Shown here piece after piece: positions 29,519 through 42,270 of a DNA stretch of 42,300 nt. The notes beneath the pieces are model-generated. The model was not told the DNA's origin. It saw nothing but the letters and a program-made list of their open reading frames with translations, and did no database searches. Within the stretch, counting starts at the first letter, position 1; each line of letters opens with the position of its first letter. The stretch is from Nemertoderma westbladi (taxonomy: Eukaryota > Animalia > Xenacoelomorpha), in the NCBI GenBank assembly GCA_032718475.1, contig JAUCBJ010005583.1:1-42300 (forward strand), read 5' to 3'. The position numbers were made by a program, and so were the translations under genes.

Positions 29519-30218
29519 CCCGTCAACCCCTGACAATGTGCCTTAGCGAATAATTGGCGAAATAATTGTTTGGCTGTAGAAATAGTTGCGGGTCGTTTTT
29601 TTTTAAATAATTATTGTGTCTAGCCAAACAATTATTTTCAGCTCCAATTCGTATTTTAATAATTATTTGACATAAATTATGTACTCATAATTAAATGGCT
29701 AATTCGTTGTGTAATATTTAGTGTAATAATAATTAACGGACGTTTATTTTAATGTTTGAAATCAATTTATTCGATTTTATTTATTGCTACATTATTAAAT
29801 TAAATTATTTTTGTTAACTAATAATTTATTTTATTTATATAGATAGTTGGTAATATGTCAAAAAATATTAAACTTACCAAAATAGAGTTGTTTGAAGTTA
29901 ATATTTGCAATTAGTTGTCAGGTAGGAGCAAGAGGTATTCCGTCTGCCCTAATGGGGCCAATCTCAACAGAAAAGTCGCCAAAAACATGGAAAAGGATGC
30001 CATTTAAATCCATTTATACTCAATAATATTTCATGAAGTAATCTGCTACAGAGATACATTTTCACTAGGAATGTAGAGGATATCATATTTTATAACCCTG
30101 TGAATTTCCTGGTCAAGGGAAGATGAAATAACTTCATATAAAAAAAGAAGTATGTAGCTCCTACCCCTACATTCAGGTAGCAGATAGGAGGAGCTTAGCA
30201 CATCATAATGATGATGGG

Positions 30219-31330
30219 GTGATGATAACTCCACCTATTGACTCCAGAAGTCGAGGAAATCCTGCCAAGTACCTAACTGATCTAGACTTTGCTGATGACT
30301 TAGGAGTACTCTCAGAATCACTAGAGGGAGCCCAACGGCTTCTCAGCTCATTAGAACATGCTGCTTCTAGTGTTGGTCTTTTTATTAACTCCAGAAAGAC
30401 CAAACTTTTTACAGTTAACTTTGAATGTCCTCAGCAAGTCTCTGACCCGATGAGCATTAATTTATTTAATTTAATAAATCCAACATAAAATGTAATCTCA
30501 TTAACGGATTAATTTTTAGACTTGCCAGGTGCCTTATAAGCTTGCTTCCAGCGCCTGGCAATATCTTTGTTGTTATCACTCAGATGTGGGGGGGGGGGGG
30601 GGGGGGGGGGAGTTGTCTTTAAAATACTTAAATTGTTATACATAATTGTTAAATTTGTATTTGTAATTGAAATTGTATTGTAATTGTAAGTGAACCATTA
30701 AAAAAAGTGTCATCGTGGTATCTTTGAAAAAAAAGCATAAAGCTCAAAGGATGGTATGCTTGAGCATGTGGATGACTTCTGTTACCTGGGATCATGGATC
30801 CGGAAGTCAGGTGAGAACCTTCGAATACGTAAGGGAAAGGCATGGGCAGCCTTGAATAGGCTTTCCAGATTATTCCATATTATTTAGAGCAGCAGTAGTT
30901 CCAGCACTCCTCTATGGGAGCCCATGCTGGGCTCTAACTGCTGAGGACACCAAATCTCTGGATGGCACATTCACAAGAATGCTACGCCGGGTTCATTGTG
31001 TCAAGTACAATGCACACATCTCCAACCAGACATTATATAACATTGGAGGTGTCTCATTGGTTCCCCCAAGCTTGACACTAGAACAAAGCCGCCTCCGCTT
31101 TGCAGGACATTGCTTTCGCCGTGAGGACCAGCCAGTGCATAATCTTGTGCTTTGGCAGCCTCATGGAGTGAATAAGCATGGTGGACAGCCCATGACTTTC
31201 TTGAGACGCATCTTAATTGAAGAATGCATTGAAGATGCGGATGATCTATCAAATGTTTGGGTGATAGGGAGTTGTGGCGGCGCCATTGACGACAAGCCGG
31301 CACAGCATTCTTTAAAATGCAGCTGCAATG
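30219..31330 (+). pseudogene. Degenerate 3' fragment of an RTE-type LINE reverse transcriptase, interrupted at about 30450-30740
   Basis: Motifs DLDFADD...VGLFINSRKTK, VDDFCYLG, RKGKAWAA, LLYGS..W and RLRFAGHCFR are spread over several frames. Confidence 0.8.
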
Positions 31331-31899
31331 CAGCATGCCGATCCTAGTAGTCTCGCCCACCCCGACCTTCGAGTCGTATCCGGCCTCGGCCGACTGTTTG
31401 CTTGCTTTTTTTTATAATAAAAAGTAAACATTTGATAAAATATACAGGATTAAATAATGCCTCCTAGTTTGTATCAGATACCAATATCATAAAAATTTAA
31501 TGTGTTATGTAGCCAGTCTTTTTAAATTTAAAGATTATTATGATGTATAGTTACCGTGCAGTCGGTCCTTTATAATAAGGAGGACCTTAAATAATTTGTA
31601 ATTATTTACTCATCTGTAATGTAGTACACAAAAAGCATTTTAATACCAAATTTTTCAAAAACATTTTTGTTTGAATTATAATTTTTTATCTTCGCAGTCC
31701 ATCCTCCTCCTATAACCAGCGTTATACGAATTAACAATGTTTATATTACAACGGTACCTCAAATCTTTTAATGTATAAAGATAAAAACCATACAATTTCG
31801 GCCCCTTTATTTTAGTTGCCCTTTACCGGTATTCCATTGGCCGGGTAAATCTTTTCCGTCATGAGATGAAGAAATATAAAGTGTGGCGAAGTAGAAATA

Positions 31900-34800
31900 G
31901 GGTAGGTGTAAAACGCGGATCCGGATCCGGATTCAGGATCCGGATATGCGAGTGTAAAAGGCGGATCCGGATTTACATACAATCCGTAACTTAGTGTAAT
32001 ATGCGGATTCTGAAATACGCAATCCGTATTGCAGTGTAAAACGCGGATTCATATATTTTGTGAATCCGGAATGGAGTGTAAAATACGGATTTTCGTTAAT
32101 TACCAAGTTTTATTGGATCCGGAATGGAGTGTAAAACACGGATTTTCGTTAATTACCAAGTTTTATTGGATCCGGAATGGAGTGTAAAATACGGATTTAC
32201 GTTAATTACCAAGTTTTGTTGGATCCGGAAGGGAGTGTAAAACACGGATTTTCGTTAATTACCAAGTTTTATTGGATCCGGAATGGAGTGTAAAACACGG
32301 ATTTACGTTAATTACCAAGTTTTATTGGATCCGGAATAGAGTGTAAAACACGGATTTACGTTAATTACCAAGTTTTATTGGATCCGGAATGGAGTGTAAA
32401 ACACGGATTTACGTTAATTACCAAGTTTTATTGGATCCGGAATGGAGTGTAAAACACGGATTTACGTTAATTACCAAGTTTTATTGGATCCGGAATGGAG
32501 TGTAAAACAAGGATTTACGTTAATTACCAAGTTTTATTGGATCCGGAATGGAGTGTAAAACAAGGATTTACGTTAATTACCAAGTTTTATTGGATCCGGA
32601 ATGGAGTGTAAAACACGGATTTACGTTAATTACCAAGTTTTATTGGATCCGGAATGGAGTGTAAAGCACGGATTTTCGTTAATTACCAAGTTTTGTTGGA
32701 TCCGGAATGGAGTGTAAAACACGGATTTTCGTTAATTACCAAGTTTTATTGTTCTATGCCTAGGGGCCACACATAAGCTTAATCCGGCTCTGGGGGACAC
32801 CTTAATAGGGGTCAATGCTTCCCAATGAATTATTAATAAGGGCGATGGTGATGTTTGGCCGTCAGACATTATTAGATATTGATTAGCTGAAAAACTACTA
32901 CCGTGGGAACGTGACCTCTCTGGTAGAGCGGCTCTGTAGACAATTGTATGGTAGGATTACTGTCCTATTCCCTGATTGGCTTATCCATCCCAACCTCCAT
33001 TACAAACAAGAATCACTGTTCTGCCTAGCTGGCGGTAGTTTGTACTGCATCATAGCGTACTCTAGCGTAGCCTTGCAAGCGTGCTGCCTTCGTAATTTAT
33101 GGAGGCTGAACTGTTCAGTATAATTTCTTATCATTTTTAAAGCCGAAATACGGTCTAAAACGATTTTCTATGTTTTTATGTTAAACTGCCTACGTTTGCA
33201 TAGTAGTCTATGATAAAATTAATTATCCTGGTATTAATCCCTGGTTATTAAAGAAAGAAAAGTTACTAAAGAACAATAAACATTGTACTAATTAATAATT
33301 GTAACTATATGAGGGTCTGGGCCTTCATTGCATATGCGTTTTACAAAATGTTCATTAAAACTTACTAATTAACTTGAATCCGCGTTTTACACCCCGTCCC
33401 GGATTCAATAAAACTTGGTAATAAACTTGAATCCGCATTTTACACCCCGTCCCCGATCCAGAAACACTTTGTAATTAACCCGAATTCGCGTTTTACACCC
33501 CTTCCCGGATCCAATAAAACTTAGTAATAAACTTGAATCCGCGTTTTACACCCCGTCCCGGATCCAATAAAACTTGGTAATAAACTTGAATCCGCGTTTT
33601 ACACCCCGTCCATTATCCAGAAACACTTTGTAATTAACCCGAATCCGCGTTTTACACCCCTCCCCGGATCCAGTAACACTTTGGTAATAAACTTGAATCC
33701 GTGTTTTACACCCCGTCCCGGATCCAATAAAACTTAGTAATAAACTTGAATCCGCGTTTTACACCCCGTCCATTATCCAGAAACACTTTGTAATTAACCC
33801 GAATCCGCGTTTTACACCCCTCCCCGGATCCAGTAACACTTTGGTAATTAACTTGAATCCGCGTTTTACACCCCTTCCCGGATCCAATAAAACTTAGTAA
33901 TAAACTTGAATCCGCGTTTTACACCCCGTCTCGGATCCAGTAAAACTTGGTAATAAACTTGAATCCGCGTTTTACACCCCGTCCATTATCCAGAAACACT
34001 TTGTAATTAACCCGAATCCGCGTTTTACACCCCTCCCCGGATCCAGTAACACTTTGGTAATAAACTTGAATCCGTGTTTTACACCCCGTCCCGGATCCAA
34101 TAAAACTTGGTAATAAACTTGAATCCGCGTTTTACACCCCGTCCCGGATCCAATAAAACTTGGTAATAAACTTGAATCCGCGTTTTACACCCCGTCCCGG
34201 ATCCAGATAAAACTTGGTAATAAACTTGAATCCGTGTTTTACACCCCGTCCCGGATCCAATAAAACTTGGTAATAAACTTGAATCCGCGTTTTACACCCC
34301 GTCCATTATCCAGAAACACTTTGTAATTAACCCGAATCCGCGTTTTACACCCCTCCCCGGATCCAGTAACACTTTGGTAATAAACTTGAATCCGTGTTTT
34401 ACACCCCGTCCCGGATCCAATAAAACTTGGTAATAAACTTGAATCCGCGTTTTACACCCCGTCCCGGATCCAATAAAACTTGGTAATAAACTTGAATCCG
34501 CGTTTTACACCCCGTCCCGGATCCAGATAAAACTTGGTAATAAACTTGAATCCGTGTTTTACACCCCGTCCCGGATCCAATAAAACTTGGTAATAAACTT
34601 GAATCCGTGTTTTACACCCCGTCCCGGATCCAATAAAACTTGGTAATAAACTTGAATCCGCGTTTTACACCCCGTCCCGGATCCAATAAAACTTGGTAAT
34701 AAACTTGAATCCGTGTTTTACACCCCGTCCTGGATCCAGTAACACTTGGTAAATAAATTGAATCCGTGTTTTACACCCCTTCCCGGATCCAATAACATTT

Positions 34801-35095
34801 TGTAATAAACCTGAATCCGTATTTTACACCCAATCCCGGATTCAGTAGAAATATGAATCCGCGTTTTACACTCCATTCAGGATTTAGCCTACAACATGAA
34901 TCCGCGATTTACACTCCGTTCCGGATAAAAAAAAAGCCAATCCGCGTTTTACACTCGGTTACGGATTCGGTAAATTTAGCAGTGCACGGATCCGCAGATT
35001 ACACCCTAAAAATGTAAATTCAGTCGACTTCCATAGGGACAATGTTAAATGATAGAATCCGGATCCTGATCCGGATCCGCGTTTTACTCTGACCC
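31900..35095. mobile_element. Non-autonomous foldback (Mutator-like) element, 3196 bp, with long arms made of 53-bp tandem repeats
   Basis: 9-bp TSD GTAGAAATA at 31891-31899 and 35096-35104. Termini GGGTAGGTGTAAAACGCGGATCCGGATC and reverse-complement GGGTCAGAGTAAAACGCGGATCCGGATC. Left array about 32060-32750; inverted right array about 33376-34860. Confidence 0.9.
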
Positions 35096-35295
35096 GTAGA
35101 AATACGTGTATTTTTAACAATTAAATAATTTATTTATAAATCAAAACCGAACAAATAATATAATTGTTACAAAACGATGCCAGACTCATTGTAATTAAAT
35201 TAATAAAGTTTACATTGATGTAACAGTTGAATCATTATTAACTCCTCTCCCAGTCTATTACGTTCCCTATAGTTCCGTATGGATTCTGAGCTGTT

Positions 35296-35377
35296 CTATC
35301 TGCTGTTTGTATTAAATTGCATAAAATATGCAGCAGTAGGTTCGTTTGTGTAGACTTCTGTGTTCAAGAATTCTTGA
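35296..35377 (-). CDS. RIBC2: RIB43A terminal exon
   Basis: TTTTGCAG acceptor. EVYTNEPTAAYFMQFNTNSR-TAG matches the family C-terminus as I recall it. Confidence 0.88.
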
Positions 35378-38300
35378 CTGCAAAATAAAATCATTGATTT
35401 TTAAAGAAATAATATCAAATGACTCTATAATAAGCAACCCTACAATAAATTGGTGATATACACACAATTACAAATAACCCCCCCCCCCCCCCCCCCCCCC
35501 CCCAGAGAATTTCTAGGGGGCAACATTACAGACATATAGGCGGGCGAAATTATTCAGAATTAGCGTTTTCCTACCGTATTTTATTACTGCATAGGTATAG
35601 CAGCCGGCTACTGTTGTATACCGACCGGTAATATATAAACGATAGTTTTATTATCAAAGTATTAATGTTTAAAAAGTTTTATTTAAATGTGGGAGATCTC
35701 AAGATTGTTTAAAAATTCCACTCCCTACGCTCGCATTATTTTCCTTCTTGGTATGCACATTCACTTATAATGAAGTAGGTCTAACATCCAAAATCCCCTC
35801 ACCAATTTTAATGCCTTCCTATTCCATATCCTAAACATAACCAATTTCCTGGGTTTTATAATTTCTTCGTTTTTTAAAAGTGTATACATTTTCACCCTAT
35901 ACTGGTTTATCCTACTCCTTGAGCAAAACATAAATACGTCACTGTTCAATTCACACGAGTAACAGTAACTAACAATACATTAAGAGCGCTAAATGAGAAA
36001 TAAAGTAGAGAAAATATAAAATAAATATTTTGAGTAAGTTAATATTCTTGGTGGCCGGCTTATGGTCAAAATGTCGAAAGAGCCAAAATGTCGAAAGAGA
36101 CAAATTGTCTAAAAGTAGAGTAAAATTGTCGAAAAAGTTTTTGGGCATGTCAAAATGTCGAATTTTTTTTCGACAATATGGCGTTTATCCTTTTTTAGAT
36201 GCTTTTGAATTTTGATACTAAATTGTTGAACCTGAGAAATTGGAAACCTGATAATTGATATGGCTAACGAATTGTGTATAATATCTCAATAGCAATGGGC
36301 AATATAGGCCTATACAGTAAGAGTTATCTTGACTAGCTGACCATTGGGCATTACCCCTCTAAAGCCTGGGGTACCAGTCCAATGACCATCAAACAACGCA
36401 TGTACATCTTACAGTCATTATAATAAATGTTATTAGGCCATGCAGCCATGTAGTTTGCGAATCGCCCCATCTGCGTTGGATATGTGGAGACTTTGGTTTG
36501 GGAACAGCAATAGTATTCGGTTCTAGCAAGGCCTTCATGCGCTGCTGGGAAGTATGTTGATTTAACTGGAAAAATTCCAGGATCTCTCCAAGGCACGGAT
36601 GGAGGCTGGTGAGCCGGGAATGAAGCCCATTGTGGAAACCTTCAGCACAGTTGCTGGTCCTAGGGCCGGTATTTCCGAACTGTCCCCATCTGATGAATAC
36701 ATCCTGCCGAAGCCAAAATCCAATGAAATATTGTCGAAATTGGAAAACTTTATTGGCTGTTAAAGCGGACAGGTTTGGTAGCTGTTCATTGATCAGAGTA
36801 TAGGCAACCCGATAGCGATACCCATCAGGAAGGAATGGTAAAGAACGAATCTCTTTGAACCAATACTTTACTACAGTTTTACCCTCTGTTGTATCTTCAA
36901 CACAAACACCTTTGAGGCCAAGGCCGTCTCGCTTCTCGTTTATGGCCTTAGCGAAATGAAAAGCGCAACCTAACATGGTCACCATTGGGAAAACTATATT
37001 GCAAGCATTCATTACTGCAAGTTCGAAATCGAAAAGCCACTTAGCTGTATTAATTCTGCCACCTTCACCGCAAAGATGATAAATGTTATCTCTTAAAGCA
37101 GTAAACGTCCTGATGTAGCTTCCTTCCGATTGTCCCTTCATCAGAGCGTATCCTAAAACATGGGGCTCTCCACCCACCACACCATGCACTCGGTTTCTGC
37201 TTAATGACCGGCGTTTTGAGTCGAAGCCGTACCCAGCAGATGATTTCCCCTTAATTTCGGCAGCTACCTGTCCTCCATACTCCTGGTACTTAATATCGAC
37301 AGATTGCAGGGCTCTATCGAACGCTTCTCTTGGACGCTTCCGGCTATTTCTAACAATTTGGCATGTCTGTGTCGAAAGCTTTTTCGATAATTTGACATGG
37401 CTGTTCGACAACTTGACTCTTTCGACATTTTGACCTGTTCGACAATTTGACTCTTTCGACATTTTGACCTGAAATCTTGGTGGCCCCCACGCCACACCGC
37501 ACTGGCACTATCCGCGAATTATACAATTTTTGAAAAATTATTTCTCATGGATATTGTTGTTGTGGGGGGGGGGGGGGGGGGGGGGGGATTAGCAAAGTGG
37601 GCGAAAATTTGTACGTCTACCTATATCTACTACGAAATAGGGATTTGGGTCAGGAAACATTCGGAAATTCCCTCGTAAAAAAGTTCGGGAAATTTCATTC
37701 ATAGATTTTCGAAAATTTCCGCTTTTATACTAATATTTCGTATTAATACGACTTGCAATAATTTTTCGAAGTAAAAAAAGTTGAAATGTAGATCAGTTTG
37801 AGGACTAATAATGTTGTACTTTAACAGCAGTTCCTAGAGGTTCAGGGATTTTTAACTTTACTTTTTGCCGTTAGACCAGGGATTACCAGTCCGATCCCCC
37901 TTGAACTAAACTACCCAAAGGAAACTCCAGGACTTATTTAGCTTCCGTAAGAATGCAAAACAGATATGCGCCCTGATAGTCCCTTAAAAGCATTCATACC
38001 GAAACGAAAACTGCCCTTATACTCATAAGGGATCGAACTTTTACTTCATTGTGGTCTGATTACGACATTCAGTATATATTATTATTGCTTGCAGTTGGAC
38101 TTACTGAGCTTTCTGCTCCTCTGCTAGTCTCATGTTCTCGTCTACCCCCTGTTTATTGAGGTCCCGTCGGAGTCTATCTTGTTCGCGTTCCCGTAGTAAC
38201 GCAGCTCTCGCATTGGCTAAAGTTTGCCGCTCCCATTCCTTATCACGAGCGGCTTCCTCAGCAGCCAATCTGGCGGCTTCTTCGCGTTGGTTTTCCTAAG

Positions 38301-39867
38301 TAGAAAATATATATTTTTTAAATCATTGCGCCCCCAAGAGAGACAACTGTGATTTTATTTCACAATATAACCACTTGTAAGTTGTAAATCTTCATACCTA
38401 AGTAACACAGTATCTATCGTTGTGTATTTCTGGTATTTAGGCGTACAAGTACTATCAGACGCACCACATATCAACTACCGCTAATACCTAGAGCGGTTTT
38501 TGGCTACCGGGCGGGTCTATAAGATTACTGTGAACAATGGACGATTTGTGAAATAAAATGACTGCGTACTGTAGGCCTATGTGAAAGAAATTGGCTTAGC
38601 TATTATCTACTTATCCTCGGCCTATCCTCCCCAGCCGTTCTGGACTCACCTGTTCTTTACGTATTCGCTCCAGCTGTTCTGGACTCACCTGTTCTTTACG
38701 TATTCGCTCTAGCTGTTCTGGACTCACCTGTTCTTTACGTATTCGCTCAAGCTGTTCTGGACTCACCTGTTCTTTGCGTATTCGCTCCAGCTGTTCTGGA
38801 CTCACCTGTTCTTTACGTATTCGCTCCAGCTGTTCTGGACTCACCTGTTCTTTACGTATTCGCTCCAGCTGTTCTGGACTCACGTGTTCTTTACGTATTC
38901 GCTCCAGCTGTTCTGGACTCACCTGTTCTTTACGTATTCGCTCCAGCTGTTCTGGACTCACGTGTTCTTTACGTATTCGGTCCATCTGTTCTGGACTCAC
39001 CTGTTCTTTACGTATTCGCTCCAGCTGTTCTGGACTCACCTGTTCTTCACGTATTAGCTCCAGCTGTTCTGGACTCACCTGTTCTTTACGTATTCGCTCA
39101 AGCTGTTCTGGACTCACCTGTTCTTTACGTATTCGCTCTAGCTGTTCTGGACTCACCTGTTCTTTACGTATTCGCTCAAGCTGTTCTGGACTCACCTGTT
39201 CTTTGCGTATTCGCTCCAGCTGTTCTGGACTCACCTGTTCTTCACGTATTCGCTCCAGCTGTTCTGGACTCACCTGTTCTTCACGTATTCGCTCCAGCTG
39301 TTCTGGACTCACCTGTTCTTTACGTATTCGCTCCAGCTGTTCTGGACTCACCTGTTCTTTACGTATTCGCTCAAGCTGTTCTGGACTCACCTGTTCTTTA
39401 CGTATTCGCTCCAGCTGTTCTGGACTCACCTGTTCTTTACGTATTCGCTCCAGCTGTTCTGGACTCGCGTGTTCTTTACGTATTCGCTCCAGCTGTTCTG
39501 GACTCACCTGTTCTTTACGTATTCGCTCCAGCTGTTCTGGACTCACGTGTTCTTTACGTATTCGCTCCAGCTGTTCTGGACTCACCTGTTCTTTACGTGT
39601 TCGCTCCAGCTGTTCTGGACTCACCTGGTCTTTACGTATTCGCTCTAGCTGTTCTGGACTCACCTGTTCTTTACGTATTCGCTCCAGTTGTTCTGGACTC
39701 ATTCCCTTCCATCTGTCTGGAACCACCCGATGTGCTCCAAAAGCGGACCTCGCAGCCAATGGATTCTCCGTTAGAAGATCTCCGTAAATGTTGTTCGATA
39801 TCTCGGTTGCGTTGTCATCCAGATCCCGTTGCCGTGCCAACTCCTTCTGATTAGCTATCTCGTCTTT
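35296..39867 (-). CDS. RIBC2: RIB43A-like with coiled-coils protein (RIBC1/RIBC2 family), last three exons: complement(join(35296-35377,38105-38295,39664-39867)); 5' part not seen in the window
   Basis: Encodes GDLLTENP..A.SAFG.HRVVPDRWKGMSPEQLERIR, then ENQREEAARL...DKEWERQ..ARAALLRERE...LAEEQKAH, then QEFLNTEVYTNEPTAAYFMQFNTNSR*. GT-AG introns with phases 0 and 2. Confidence 0.9.
36057..37476 (-). mobile_element. Internally deleted MULE/Mutator DNA transposon in the last RIB43A intron
   Basis: 9-bp TSD TTGGTGGCC at 36048-36056 and 37477-37485. TIRs G-N6-GGTCAAAATGTCGAAAGAG with repeated AAA(A/T)TGTCGAA subterminal motifs. Confidence 0.88.
36389..37360 (-). pseudogene. Truncated MULE transposase
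   Basis: YALM...Y, DFELA, GCAFH and RTSNCAEGFHN motifs are present. The first catalytic Asp motif (DGTF-like) is not visible, and the listed ORF start lies in the TIR/flank. Confidence 0.8.
38105..38295 (-). CDS. RIBC2: RIB43A penultimate exon (not in the ORF track)
   Basis: CTTAG acceptor at 38296, a 191-nt open coiled-coil exon, and donor CA|GTAAGT. Confidence 0.88.
38631..39702 (-). repeat. 39-bp in-frame tandem array (27 copies plus a decayed partial) containing the RIB43A donor site
   Basis: Unit GTGAGTCCAGAACAGCTGGAGCGAATACGTAAAGAACAG encodes VSPEQLERIRKEQ. First exon end 39664, last 38650 (26 x 39 apart). Confidence 0.96.
39664..39867 (-). CDS. RIBC2: RIB43A exon ending at the first array donor
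   Basis: CTATCCAG acceptor at 39868. 68 codons from KDEIANQ to MSPEQLERIRKEQ. Donor CAG|GTGAGT. Confidence 0.88.
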
Positions 39868-40679
39868 CTGGATAGACAAGGTTTGAAATTATTTTTACAC
39901 GATAAGATAGCGAATGTAATGCAAAACAATTAACCTACTGTAGTACACCCCAATATAAAGTCGGACTGACTCGTCGTAACCATTTATTGCAAAACCCAGT
40001 AGCACCCTGTAGGGACGACGTATGAGTTTTACCGGCCGCTGCCATCGTTGGAGTAATCAGCCTGTGCTGATATTGTTCTTTTGCAACTAAAAGAATTGTA
40101 GTTGAGCTGTTAATGCAACTTTAATATTATTGCAGCTGGCAGGCGAAATGAAACGTGGTGGACAGCTTGATTTTCCTGTAAAAGACACCGGGGTTTGACA
40201 GTGCAGATGGAAATTGGATAGCTTACATGGCTGATCGGGACCTGTAGAACCGGCCGGCAATATTCCTTTTGGTGTGGCGGATGTACAGTATGTTTAAATG
40301 TATGTGTTTGCTTAATTTAATTAATCGTACAAATAAGCTGAGGTTCAATGGGAAATGAATAGCATTTACATTAACCCGTTCCACAGGCTCGTTAACCCGT
40401 TAGGCCCATATCTCGGATATTAGATATTAAAATATTTAATTTTGTATTAGATTTATATTATAGATATTTTTGAGATTTTTTTATAGTTTTATAAAAAATG
40501 GCACCATATTTTAAAGGTAAATGATACTAAAAATTATTTATAATTTAACAACCAAAAAAATAAAAATATAAATAAATAAATAAAAAAAAGTAAACTAATA
40601 ATGTTAGCGAAGATTTTACATCATAAATAAACTTTTCCGTTGATTTTCGGTATTATTTACGAATATAAAATATGTTTTA

Positions 40680-40944
40680 ATCGACCATTTGGCCAAGTGT
40701 TTCTCGCACAAGTCTTACGGCTCATTTACAGATCGGGCCCGAGAATTATACTCACCTATGGAAATTGTTACACATTTAGCTAACCATTTACGTGTAGATA
40801 GATACGCCATGGCAACACCCTCCAAAGCATTCGTGCCGAAACGAAAACTTCCTTAGTCCCCACGCGGGGATCGAACTCATGACTACCGGACAGATGTGAA
40901 TTCAAAGGGAGCCACGGATTTAACCGCTACTCCAAGGTGGGCCC
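40680..40944 (-). mobile_element. tRNA-derived SINE (3' boundary approximate); related fragment at about 37987-38040
   Basis: Minus strand starts GGGCCCACC, with A-box-like TGGAGTAGCGG and B-box GAGTTCGATCC. The AAAGCATTC..CCGAAACGAAAACT...GGGATCGAACT segment recurs near 37987. Confidence 0.65.
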
Positions 40945-41074
40945 AAACATGTTTCAGTTAAATAATTCGTATTGGAAGAGCATAATTCCCAAAATTTGAC
41001 AAACTTTGGCCGATATAGTAGAGTTTGTTAGCGCAAAGTTAGTAACGCGACGTTAGTAACAAGCTCAGCAGTAA

Positions 41075-42270
41075 GAAACTCGGCCAATGCATCAATTGGT
41101 GGAGTAGGAATTCTACTAAGCCCATTTGCACTTAAGACCCTAAACAACATCGAATCTATAAATTCCAGGGTTATGATCGCAACATTTGATGGGAATCCCA
41201 AGACAACAGTTATATGTTGCTACAGTCCAACCAATGCATCAGAGCCAGAACAAGCAGTCAAGTTTTATGAAGAACTGACTGGACTTATTAAGGACATCCC
41301 GAAACACAATGTTAAAGTCATTGCTGGTGACCTGAATGCGCAAATTGGCCCAGAAGACATCAAGGGTTACACCTATAACACGAGTTCTAACAGAAATGGG
41401 TACTTACTTTTAGACCTAATGGAAGAATGTGAATTGATACCAACAAACAACACATTCGAAAAGAGTAAGGGGAAGCTATGGACCTTTCAATACCCTAATG
41501 GAACCAAAGCACAACTGGATTACATCCTTATAAACAAAAAGTGGAGAAATCGCATGATCAACTGCGAGGCATACAGCTCGTTCAACCTAATTGGTTCGGA
41601 CCACAGAATTGTGACTGCAGAGATCAGACTCAGTTTGAGAGCCAGCAAACCCAGGACAAGCAAGCAAATCAACTATGACTGGGAGAAACTCAGAACTGAC
41701 AATGCTGTAAAGGATGCTTATACAGTAGAAGTTCAAAACCGCTTTGAAGCACTTCAGTCAATGGATGAAGACCAATCCACCGATTCAATATACCAGAATA
41801 TAATAACAGCCCACAAGGAATCAGCTAAGAGGCATATCCCCCAGAAACCTAAACGAAAACAGTATGTGCCATGGCAAAACTCTGAGGTTACTTGTAAGAG
41901 AGAAGATCTTAAGATAGCCTACAAAGTTAAAACCGAACAACCAACAACCGAAAACATTAACAAGGTTGAGAAAGCTAAGGACGATCTTAAATTGGCCTAC
42001 AACATCAGCCAGGAAAAGTACATACAGGATAAAACTGAAGCAATTACAACTGCTCACATACAGCAACAATCAAGACTTACCTGGCAAACTGTAAATGAGG
42101 TATCTGGTCGGAAAAGTTGTGCAAAGGGGCGCCTCAAAGCCGATAGTCCTGAAGAACGTGTTGGGAAGTGGAAAAATCACTTCAGCAACTTGCTTGGGCA
42201 GCCACCAAACATCGAGGTCAGCCCTACAAGGAAAATATATGACAAGACACTACCTATTTCGAATTTCTGA
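41075..42270 (+). pseudogene. RTE-type LINE fragment: APE endonuclease and linker; 5'-truncated and ending before the RT domain
   Basis: Motifs GGVGILLS, CYSPTN, AGDLNAQIG, NRNG, LWTFQ.PNG, LDYILIN and SDHRIV. The stop at 42268-42270 lies within a 12-bp duplication CGAATTTCTGAA. Confidence 0.85.

Noticed and set aside
38611-39879. Single-exon 422-aa repeat protein
   Set aside because: The ORF begins in the acceptor region and ends in intron sequence. RIB43A homology resumes at 38295 after a GT-AG intron.
40850-40944. Functional tRNA gene
   Set aside because: It has A/B-box-like motifs but no closable cloverleaf, and it continues into a repeated SINE-like body.
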